DNA from: Peribolospora baueri
Taxonomy: Eukaryota
Direction of reading: 5' to 3'
DNA length: 20,497 bases
NCBI GenBank assembly: GCA_029717555.1
Contig: JAMDHS010000089.1
Coordinates: forward strand, 62,001-82,497
Shown here: positions 1-9,514 of the stretch, one piece after another
Layout of the letters: each line of letters begins with the position of its first letter
How positions within the stretch are numbered: the stretch's first letter is position 1
Program-made: the position numbers and the translations under genes
Notes under the pieces: generated by a model
What the model saw: only the letters and a program-made list of their open reading frames with translations
What the model was told of the DNA's origin: nothing
The model's database searches: none

Positions 1-259
1 TTCTCCGCCACTCGTCCTCCTCATCGCCCTCGCCTCGTTCGCCGGGCAGCGGCGGGAGCGGCTTGCGGAACATCCGACGCTTCCGCGTGAGCGAGGCGTC
101 CGTGTAGGCCAGCCCTCTGGGGCGGGCATGGGGGCTCCCATGCGGAGAGGCGGTCGAGACGGTCGAGGCGGTCGAGGCGGCGGAGGAGGCGATGCTGGCG
201 GGCGCCGACGTGACCGACGAGGCGGACGGAGCCGAAACCAAAGGCGGTCGACTGGACAT
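1..259 (-). CDS. 5' end of an unknown protein, running off the window (MSSRPPLVSAPSASSVTSAPASIASSAASTAST...SLTRKRRMFRKPLPPLPGERGEGDEEDEWRR)
   Basis: ATG at 259 in good context (gtcgccATG), frame open to the window edge, Ser/Ala/Thr-rich N-terminus followed by a basic RKRR patch and a PLPPLP motif. Absent from the ORF track because it has no stop in the window. No family is recognisable. Confidence 0.55.
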   Translation of the reverse strand, partial: MSSRPPLVSAPSASSVTSAPASIASSAASTASTVSTASPHGSPHARPRGLAYTDASLTRKRRMFRKPLPPLPGERGEGDEEDEWRR

Positions 260-1069
260 GGCGACGGGGAAGCCAGAAGGAAGGCCGGGGTGTGGCTCTA
301 GTTACGGTGGAGTAGGACACGCCGAGGAGAAGGCCATGAAGGTCGAGGCTGAGGGTATGAAGGTGGTGGTGGTGGTGGTGGAGGACCAAGCGAGGTCGCC
401 GCCCCTGAGCTGTTGTGTAACGCGCATTGCATTTGCCGTCGTCGCGATCGCCGAGGCGTCAACTCACTCCCATCGAGCCGCAGCGCCGGCGGGGCATGGA
501 CGGTACGTCGCCGAGCGGGGAGCGGTCAGAAGAGGTCAAGGTCAAGGTCAAGTGGTCATTGGACGAGCCGAGCAGCTGCTCGAGTGAGAGCCCCGTTCGG
601 CGTCGGTCGAACAACGTATCGTGGACGAGGACGACGTCATGGCCGGCCTTGGCCGCTCGAACATCCGCCGATCTCACAGTCACAGTCCACCGACGATCCG
701 GCCCGATGCAGAGAAAGAAAAAACTTGCATGCTTTCATCATCATTGCCAACCAGCGACCGGCGCACTCCCGCCATCATTGCCCGCCGACGACGGCAGGAG
801 AGGACAACAAGGCCGCTCCCCCCACTGGCCGTGCGTCGCCTCTAAGCACCGCCCGCAGTGCTGCGGCACAGAGCTGGGGAAAGAGCGAGCGGGTAGGTGG
901 CCCTACGTCGAGGCGCACTCACGGCACACCACATAGGCAAAGAAAGCATTGACGAAAGCGAGACTCGGATATATGTAGTGTGCTGGTGCGTTCTTCTTCG
1001 TACTGCAACCGAGCACCTTCTCTTCACCTTCCCCCGACGCGAACGTTGGACGCCGACGACGAACCAACC

Positions 1070-3538
1070 ATGGCCGACGCACGCGACTTGGGCAACGCAC
1101 GAGCGTCGCTCGGACCGTCAATGTCGGAATCTCCAGAGCAAGAGTCCATCGGCATGTCGCCCTATCCTACCGGTCGCACAGACGGCTCCTTGTGCGCCAC
1201 CGCTTCAAGCGACGATAATCTGGCGGGCGGCGCGGAGGACGCGGACGCCGACGTGGACGCCGGCGAGGAGCACGAGAGCCAAGGCTTGCTCGGAGCCGGT
1301 GGCCGCACGGACGGCGAGGGGTTGATGGGCGCTGGGAACGTGAGGAAGCGCGTTGTTGTATATCTCGGCGACGAGAGCGGCTGGTCCAAGGTGAGTGGAC
1401 AGACGGACGGATGGCGTCGATACAGTAAAGAAGCAACATTCCCTTCCGGGTTGATGATGAGATCTTTCGTCCCGTCTTCATACGCAGCACCCTCTGTTCC
1501 CTCGCCTGCGGACAGCCTTTTTCGCCGTCCTTGGTCTCGGCGTGGCCGTCCTGACCGCCTTCTCGCTCAACGCCCTCTTCTCGTCCTACTACCACCATGC
1601 CCCCGGCACCTCCTCCTCCTCCTCCCGGCCTCCCACATCAGAAAAGCACAGGGCGTCGAGTCTGGACGAGAAGAACCTTCTTTCCAACGGCACGCACACC
1701 TTTAGGAAGACGATGCTTGTCATCAGCCTAGACTCGCTCGCGCCCGATCTCCTCGGAACTGGCCTCACTCCGGCCATCGACGAGCTCGGCAAGAAGGGCG
1801 TCCAAGCGGAGTACCTCCAGCCCGAGTTCCCCACGCTGACCTTCCCAAACCACTGGACCATTCTGTTTGTCTTTTTTTTTCCTTCTTTTCTCCTTCTCCC
1901 GTCGACGGTGCTCACACGTTCGGTGAATGACGAACAGCACTGGTCTCCATCCAGAGTCCCACGGCATCGTCGCGAATCAATTCTGGGACCCCGAGCAGAA
2001 ACTCGAGTTTGAATACACCGTCCGTGCAAAGTCGTGGGATCCGAAGTGGTGGCGCGGCGAGCCCGTGAGTCGTCGCGCGGTTTTCGAAGCGGGCCGGTTG
2101 TGTCCGTCTGATTTTTTTTATTATTTCCGTGCAGGTCTGGGCAACGGCGGAACGCGCAGGAGTGCTCACGGCGACGTACATGTGGCCAGGCCCTCCACGG
2201 ACGTCGGAGAACGACCGGCCGCGATATTTTACGCCTTTTGCAAACGGCGTCTCGTTCGAGCACAAGGAGGATCAGATATGGCAGTGGCTTGATAAGGATC
2301 TCAAGTTGCGGCCGCAGCTCATTCTCGGTGAGTTCGATCGTCGTTTCGTTCAAGCTTTTAGCCGTCGTCTGCTCACTCGCGTCATGCTTTTTGCCTCGCG
2401 CCCCCGTCGGCGATCGAAGCATACGTGCCGGACATCGACGAGGACGGGCACAAGCACGGATACAATGCCAAGGAGACCCGGGACACCATCTCTAAGGCGG
2501 ACGGATTGGTGCGGTCGATTGGCAAGGGGATCGAGGCGCGTAATCTGACGCACATTGTCGATATCGTCGTGCTGAGCGTGAGTAGTCGGTAGGTATCCCA
2601 TGTGACGGGCGTGCATGTGCTGAACCATGACGATGAACGGCGTCCCCCTTGTCGACGACGCGTAGGACCACGGAATGGCGAACACGAGCGATGACCGGCT
2701 GATCTTCCTAGATGACATCCTGGGGGAGGCGGGCATGGCTGGCATCGAGCACAAGGACGGTGGGTTGTCGTTGTCGTTGTCGTTGCTTCGTCTTGGCGCT
2801 CCTTGACCCGTCGCTCACGCTTGCCTGCGCGCGTGAATAGGCTGGCCGTTGGCCGGTTTGCGGTTCAAGCAGGACAAGGTGAGCGAGGCGGACATGTACA
2901 GCCGACTCGTGGAGGCGTCGAAGAAGCAGGGGGGCGTGTTTGACGTGTACACGCGCGAGTCGATGCCGCCGAGGTGAGTGGGTCGGCGCGGTTAGACGGC
3001 CGGCCGGTCGTCGGATGGATTAGATGGGATTGGAATTGAGCCGATGTTCCTGTTTGTTTTGACAGATACCATTTCTCTAATTCGACGCGCATCGCGCCGG
3101 TGTGGGTGATCCCGCGCCTGGGATGGGCGATCACGACGCATGAGGAGATGAGAGGGATGGGAGGGAGGTACGAGCCGAAAGGGTGGGTTCTTGCCTCGGC
3201 GTCCGGTGTGGCCCGGCCGGAGCTAGCTCATCTCGTCGTCGGTCCCTCTGCCACCCACCAGGATCCACGGCTACGATAACGAAGAGGAGCGAATGCGAGC
3301 CATCTTTGTGGGCTCGGGCCCGACGTTCGAGTACGTCAAGGCGCGACGACCGTACCTGTCTCGGGAGGTGGGTGAGCGACGATGGCGAAGGAGCGCGGGC
3401 GGTCATGGTCACGACCACTGGAAGGTGCGCGGGTTCGGCAACGTCGAGGTGTACAGCCTCGTCGCCAAGGTGCTCGGCCTGCCCCGCGAGGCGTCGCATA
3501 ACGGCACGGTGGGCTTTTGGGAGGACTTGTTGTACTGA
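1070..3538 (+). CDS. Nucleotide pyrophosphatase/phosphodiesterase (type I phosphodiesterase, alkaline phosphatase superfamily; yeast Npp1/Npp2-like), type II membrane protein. Exons 1070-1390, 1488-1864, 1938-2064, 2135-2327, 2420-2577, 2666-2759, 2841-2973, 3066-3182, 3262-3538
   Basis: Spliced translation gives a TM helix (AFFAVLGLGVAVLTAFSLNALF), ISLD, [30 protein letters not shown] (catalytic Thr), WWRGEPVW, WPG, DIDEDGHKHG, LSDHGM, RIAPVW, IHGYDN...MRAIFVGSGP and NVEVY. All eight introns are GT-AG and keep the frame. Confidence 0.95.
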
Positions 3539-4418
3539 TCTGATCGGTTGGTCCGAGTGCCAGGCGTACGTGGTCTCTCTCTCTCTGTGCGTGTGTGTGT
3601 GTTCTTTCGTTCCTCCTCGCCTTCTTTTCACCGCCGTGATGTACGCTTTGGGGAGACGGATTTGTACGTTAGACGGCTCGCGGTGGTGAGAATGGACATA
3701 GATGACGGGCCCGGTACGTGACAGACGTGGCGTCATCGGGACATAGACGTGGATGGAACGCAGGTGGGTGTTGCGCTCGGTGGATTTGTCTCGTGTGCGC
3801 CGTAAGCAAAGAGGAAGAGGAAGGAAGGATGGGGAAACGGTGTCCGCTCGTGCATCTTTTCGTATCCCATCCCATCTTTCTTCTCTTCGATTGCTTGCTT
3901 GCTTTCTTTCACATGGAAAACCGCGTCGAAGTGCATCGACAAGTTTCACGGGCCAGCCAGCGCCCCGCAACGTGACAACGGCGCAGCGGTCGGCGCCGAA
4001 CCGCCGACCTCCGTCCGTCTATCCATCCCATCTTCTTCCTTTCCTTTGCTTCGCTTCGCCCCCGTCGACGGTGTGGAGAGATGGGACGTTTGTGGGGCCG
4101 CCTGTGACGACGGACGCACGTACGGGGCGGTGGCCAAGAAGAAGGATCCGGACGTGGGGGAAGAAGAAGAAAAAGGTCGTCGAGGGCTGATAACTGCTCC
4201 GCTCCTTCGGTCGTCGTCCCACAGCTCGCCGGTCACTCTCTCTCTCTTGCTCTCCACACTCCCAACCTACTTCACCTCGTTATTTAACGCCCGTCGCTGT
4301 CGTCGCCTTCCCTTCGTCCCTCCCTCTTGCCCACCTCGCCGCCTCGCTCGCTCGTCCTCTCCCCCTCAGCGCACCTCGTCGTCCTCACCCCCTCTCTCCA
4401 CCCTCCTCGCTCCTCACC

Positions 4419-7033
4419 ATGGCCGAGGCAGAGGCAGAGGTGTTCACCAAGGCGCAGAAGGAGGTGAGTCGACGCGACGTAGTCCTTCGACCGACGGCGC
4501 GCCCAGCGACCCCCCGCCCACGCTCACCTCGCTCGCTCGCTCGTTCAGGTCATCATCGCCCTCGGAGACGCCATCGTGCCCTCCTACGAAGCGCCCCACG
4601 ACATCTCCTACCTCCACTCCGCCCTCCCCGACAACGCCAGCCCCGCCCAGCGCGCCGCCGTCGACGAGTACGCCCGCACCGGCTGGTCTCGTCGGCCCGA
4701 CCAGCTCGTCGCCGACTTTGCCCACCTCTGCTCCATCGCCCTCTCCCCCACCTCCCTCTCCCTCTCAAAGGTCCTCCTCTCCTCCCTCTCCACCCGCGCC
4801 GGCTGCCTCAGCCTCACCGGAAAGATCGGCCCCTTCCACAAGCTCACCAGGCAGCAGCGTGAGGAGGCCATCAACGCGTGGGCTAGGAGCCCGCTGATGG
4901 TCATCAGGAAGGCAGGCTTCGGTTTCAAGTCCATCTTTAACTTTCTCTACTTTAAGCAGCTCGAGATCGGCCCCAAGGCGCTTGGATACCCCGTCCAACC
5001 GCCACTGGGCGGCGAGGCACCGGACGCGGACGCAGGCGCAGGCACTGACTGGAAGCGGGACGACGACGAGGCGGCCGAGCAGGCCACGCCGCACTTTGCC
5101 TTCAAGTTCGAGGACCCCAAGCCAAACGACGTGCTCGAAGCCGACTTTGTCATCATCGGCTCCGGCTCCGGCGGCGGCGTCGTCTCCTCCGTCTTGACCT
5201 CCAAGGGCTATACCGTCATCGTCGTCGACAAGGGCGACTATGTGCCCCAGTCCGAGATGCGCCGACACGAGGGCGACGCCTACCGTCGCATGTACGAGCG
5301 CGAGGGCATTTTGCCCTCAGAGAACAGCTCGATCAATATCCTCGCCGGCTCGACGTTCGGCGGCGGCACTACCATCAACTGGTCCGCCTCCCTCAAGCCC
5401 CGCCACTTTGTCCGCTCCGCCTGGGCCGACGAGCACGGGTGCCCGTACTACCTCTCCCCCGCCTTTGACCGCGACCTCGAGGCCGTGTGCGCTCGGATGG
5501 GCGTGTCGGACGACAAGGCGACGCACAACGTGCCCAACCAGCTCTTCCGCCTCGGCGCCCAGCGCGCCGGCCAGCCTTGGTCCGTTATCCCCCAGAACAC
5601 CGGCGGACACGTGCACTCGTGCGGCCAGTGCCAGTTTGGCTGTGTCAACGGACACAAGCAGGGCGGTACCGTTTCGTGGCTTCGCGACGCCGCCGAGACG
5701 GGCAAGGCCAACTTTGTCGTCGGTTGCCATATCGAACGGGTGATCTTGGATGCCCGCGGACGGGCGACGGGCGCGGTGGGCAAGATGGTCGGCGACCAGG
5801 GCGCGGGCGCGACGGTCACGTTCAAAGCCAACAAGGGCGTCGTCCTCAGCGCAGGCAGCATCCACAGCCCCGCCATCCTCCTCCGCACCCCGGGCCTGAA
5901 GAACAGGAACGTGGGCAGAAACTTGCACATCCACCCGGTCACCTTTGTCACCGCTTACTTTAAGCAACGCATCGAGCCCTGGAAGGGCAGCATCATGACC
6001 ATGGTGAGGCGCCCATTTCCATTCCCGCGCCACCCGCGCCGCCTGTCTCACTTCATTGTTCTTCTTCTTTTTTTTTCTCTCTCTCGTCAGGTCTCCAACG
6101 CGGCCGAAGAGTTTGACGCCAAAGGCTACGGTGCCAAGATCGAGGTGATCGCCTCCACGCCCGCCATTCATGCCGGCTGCAGTGCCTCGTCCACATCGAT
6201 GGGCCACCGCTCCCGCATGCTCAAGTACGCCAACTCGTACACGCTCATTTGCATCATCCGCGACCGCGATGCCGGCCGGGTGACGGTGGACAAGAAGACC
6301 GGAAGAGCTTGGGTCGACTACTCCCTCTCGCCGCACGACCAGAGGAGCATGACCCACGCGCTGCTCGCCGCTTGCGACATTGCCGCCGCGTCCGGCGCCG
6401 TAGAGGTCTGGACGACTCAGACGGGCATGGAGGGATGGAAGGCGCCGGACACCGCGACGACGGCGACGGCCACCGCGCCCAACCCATCGACCACCGAGAC
6501 GGCCGCGCCGCTTGGCTTGGCCGATCCGTCGTACCGCCAATGGAGGAGTCGCGTCGCCAAGGCGGGGTCAAAGCCGCTATGGATCAGTATGGGTGGGTGT
6601 CGACTGAGGTTCACGTTCGTCCGTCCGCAAGTTTGTGCGCGCTCACGCCCCTTCTTCCTTCCCCCACGTACCTACTACCCGCGGCAGGCTCGGCCCATCA
6701 AATGTCCTCTTGCCGCCAGGGCTCCTCCCCGCGCACGTCCGTCTGCGACCCAGAGGGCCGCGTGTGGGGTACCAAGGGTCTTTGGGTCGCCGATGCCAGC
6801 GCTTGCCCCACTGCTACGGGCGTGAACGTGAGTCCGTCGATGGGAGGCGGTGGTGCAGAAACCTTCCTCCTGACTGTGTCTGACTGACCCCCCTTCCTTG
6901 CGATCGACCCGATGAATAGCCAATGATCACGACAATGGGCCTCTCCCGCGGCGTCGCTCGCAACATCCTCAAGGACGTCGGCCACAATGGCGGCCTTGAC
7001 GACTTTGACAGGACCGATGCGGCGAAGCTGTGA
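4419..7033 (+). CDS. Long-chain fatty alcohol oxidase/dehydrogenase (GMC oxidoreductase, FAO type) with C-terminal PTS1 -AKL. Exons 4419-4463, 4549-6003, 6091-6592, 6688-6827, 6920-7033
   Basis: FAD motif IIGSGSGGGV, LAGSTFGGGTTINWSA, IPQNTGGHVHSCGQCQFGC, VVLSAGSIHSPAILLR, VGRNLHIHP, GSAHQMSSCR and VADASACPTATGVNPMITTM. FAO-type N-terminal domain (QQREEAINAW). GT-AG introns keep the frame. Ends ...DAAKL-TGA. Confidence 0.95.
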
Positions 7034-7235
7034 ACGGAACCTACCACATGATGCCCCGGCGCTCGCCACCCACCACCCATATCATATATATGCCCGACCC
7101 GGCCTCGACCGGAACCCGCCCTGGATCGCACCTTGTCCGCTCACCAGTCCGGCCTGGTCACCTAGGATCTAGGATCATACCCCTTCGCTCATTCCCCCCT
7201 CCCGACACTCGCTTCGCTTCCATTCCATCCTCCTT

Positions 7236-7274
7236 CGTCTTCTTAGCCCGCGTCTTCTTAGCCCGCGTCTTCTT
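7236..7274. repeat. 15-bp tandem repeat (cgtcttcttagcccg) x2.6
   Basis: Read directly: units at 7236, 7251 and 7266 (partial). Confidence 0.9.
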
Positions 7275-7620
7275 CTGGAATCCCTAACCGAACCCCAACC
7301 CAACCCCGCTCGCCAGCGGAGACGGTTCGAGACTGTAGTTCTAACTAAGCTTGGGTCTGAATTTATCCAACGCAGAATCTAATTTATCAATCCATCGTCC
7401 GAGTACGAGTACGAGACAGAGTTGGGAGAGTCGGGAGTCGCTCGGTCGCCCCGAGACAGACAGACAGATGAACGAAAGAAAGAAAGAAAAAACACGGTCC
7501 GGATCTTTCTTCCCTCAGCCCACACACAGACACACACGCTAACCTGACCCCCTTCCCCCATGGTCCCAACCCGCCTCTTGTCCGCAGAACTGCCGTCACT
7601 CTACTGTCTTTTTTGCAAAA

Positions 7621-7656
7621 TTCGAACTCGAAACTCGAAATTCGAAACTCGAATTT
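7621..7656. repeat. Degenerate 6-7 bp tandem of TCGAA units (ttcgaactcgaaactcgaaattcgaaactcgaattt)
   Basis: Read directly: five TCGAA cores. Confidence 0.8.
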
Positions 7657-8229
7657 CTCATTCACGTTGGTAGAGTTGAGATACAGGTCTCGACGATCCT
7701 CGTGTGCTGGAGATCATGGTGGAATAAGAATACGTGGCTATGAAGACTCGCTTTGAGGGTGTTTCCGGATTATCCGGTGAGGCGAAGGATCGTGTCGGTA
7801 AATAGCCGTTCGTTAGACTCATCACCGAATCGGGTATCCATCGGAAGCCAACCCCTGCCCAGGCTCGCCTTTCTTTCAGGACCCCACCACCCCCCACCGC
7901 GGCATTGTCGCGCCAGATCATCATATCACCGCTCCGCAAAAGGGAAAGGGACCCAAGCAAGGATGGCAACCGGGAGGGACCACGATGCGGCATCTTGGAG
8001 ATGGGAATGGGAATGCGCGACAACGTAACCAAGGAAAACCAGGATTGACGAAGAGAGAGGAGCGCTGGGAAGGAAGGCCGTCCGGGCAGGTGGGTACTTC
8101 GGATGGGATCGAATCGAATCGGACTGATTGAAAGGATGGGAGGGGGGCTCCGGAGGGTATCTAGACGAGACCGGGCGGACGAGACGGAGACGATGGGTAT
8201 TCTGAGAATGGACGAAACAAGTCGGTCGC

Positions 8230-8410
8230 TCTCCCGTCTCCCGCCTCGGAGGTCGCAGGCCTTGGACACCCACGGATGACGCGCACTCGCCGATCGTAGC
8301 CCTCCGATCCGGGTCGACGACGAGGCAGGCGAGTACGACGTCCAGGGCATCGCGGCTGATGGGCACCTTGGGCCTGCTGATGCGTCCCTTGATGGCGTGT
8401 GCGAGCGAGG
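8230..8410 (-). pseudogene. Orphan terminal exon of a Ser/Thr protein kinase (subdomains X-XI), frameshifted
   Basis: After an acceptor (ccgtgctcAG, ending at 8411) it reads SLAHAIKGRISRPKVPISRDALDVVLACLVVDPDRRATIGE, then shifts frame at ~8280-8287 to HPWVSK. This matches the kinase C-lobe pattern 'CL..DP.RR.T...L.HPW'. No upstream kinase exons (HRD, DFG, APE) were found before the CSC1 gene. The lower boundary is approximate. Confidence 0.75.
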
Positions 8411-8801
8411 CTGAGCACGGCGGGGAGAGGAAGGCCCCTGTTTATCGAACAGTCATGCAATACACTGCTACGTTTCGAAGACGTTGAGAGTCGGCCGACG
8501 GACTAGGGCCTTAAGGAAAGGCCTCCACGCGCCCTCCGCCTGCATGCAGCCCTCCGACAACAGCTTTCTTCTCCGTACCGTAATTCGGTATCGACGACGA
8601 CGTGATGCGAGGACTATCCCAAAAGCGCGCGCAAGCGACTCTTCCTCACGGACGAGTTAGCGGTTGCCCTAGTAAGCGTTGCTGAACCCAAATGACTAGC
8701 GAGCGGCTGCGAGGATAGCTAGCGTTCTTGTAGCCTTCCTGTGGTGTGTACTGAATAGGGTTTGGCTTTGTTGATTTGGGCGAGAAGGAATCCGTCATCA
8801 T

Positions 8802-8839
8802 GCCTTCACGAAACTAAAGGCGAAGGGCCGGATACTAGT
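8802..8839 (+). mobile_element. Putative Helitron 3' terminus (hairpin followed by CTAG|T)
   Basis: gccttcacgaaactaaaggcgaagggcc can fold (gcctt/aaggc, or imperfectly gccttc/gaagggc), followed by ggataCTAG (8835-8838) and T. The sequence changes abruptly to host-type SSR DNA just afterwards. The 5' end is not identified and there is no RepHel coding sequence. Confidence 0.4.
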
Positions 8840-8845
8840 GATCGA

Positions 8846-9070
8846 TCCCTCCCTTCCTTTCTTCTTTCCCTTCCTTCCTTCCTTCCTTCCTTTCCTCGCC
8901 GACATCCTGCCCCACAGCACCTCGGCCGTCCCACACACTGGCCATCCATCAAACGACCACGCAAGCGAGCAGACAGGCAAGCAGGCAGGAAGGAAGCAAA
9001 CGCGTCGCGTCTGTCACATTCCATTCGATCGATCACGGCAAAGAAGAAAGAAAGAAAGAAAGAAAGGAAG
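8846..9070. repeat. Simple-sequence tracts: (cctt)n at ~8846-8895 and (agaa)n at ~9041-9070
   Basis: Read directly. Confidence 0.8.
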
Positions 9071-9233
9071 GTGGGCAAAATTAAGCGAGAACAAGCATCG
9101 GCGCCAGAGGCGGGCGGGCGGGGGGGGGCGGGGGTACAGACGACAGATAGGTGGGTAGGTGGGTAAGGAGGCAAGGCAGGCAGTACAGGAGGGGGGATAA
9201 GATAGGACAGGAACAGGACAAGAGAGTGTGCCG

Positions 9234-9260
9234 GTTGGGTTGGGTTGGGTTGGGTTAGGG
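9234..9260 (+). repeat. (ttggg)4-ttaggg G-rich microsatellite with G-quadruplex potential
   Basis: Five GGG runs at 9237, 9242, 9247, 9252 and 9258. Confidence 0.75.
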
Positions 9261-9514
9261 TGATAGATGACGCGCTCGTGCGCGCATTTACTTACAGTGC
9301 TCGAGCACGCAGAGTTAGCTCGCCGATTCGGCGCCTCACACGGACGGTCCAGCTGAGGGACGTCGATGCAAGGCGAGGCGAGGCGAGGCGGGGAGGAAAG
9401 AAGGGAAAAAGAGATGGAAAAAAAGAAAGAAAAAGGTGGAAAGGCGGTCTAGACGCCGATCATCGCTCGCTCGCCACTCCACTGCGCTCAAGACTCAAAC
9501 TCCCATCCAATCAA

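Noticed and set aside
21..389. His-run ORF (MVLHHHHHH...)
   Set aside because: TTG start and off-frame reading of a (cac)n tract; the ATG-259 frame looks more protein-like.
3899..4897. 332-aa plus-strand ORF overlapping the FAO 5' end
   Set aside because: Ser/Pro low-complexity reading through the promoter, intron 1 and an alternative frame of FAO; non-ATG start; expected in GC-rich DNA.
5317..6540. 407-aa minus ORF (similarly 9245-10246 + and 11355-12128 +)
   Set aside because: Antisense shadows of strongly codon-biased real genes, with no motifs.
7351..7370. Minus-strand AATTCAGACC resembling RNase P RNA CR-V
   Set aside because: No complementary CR-I (GGAAGGTCTGA-like) partner found at a plausible distance.
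7621..7656. Heat-shock element
   Set aside because: GAA/TTC spacing does not fit nGAAnnTTCn, and it lies between 3' ends rather than in a promoter.
7658..8350. 230-aa minus ORF as an intact gene
   Set aside because: Only the HPWV segment is meaningful (kinase relic); the rest reads through SSR-rich non-coding DNA.
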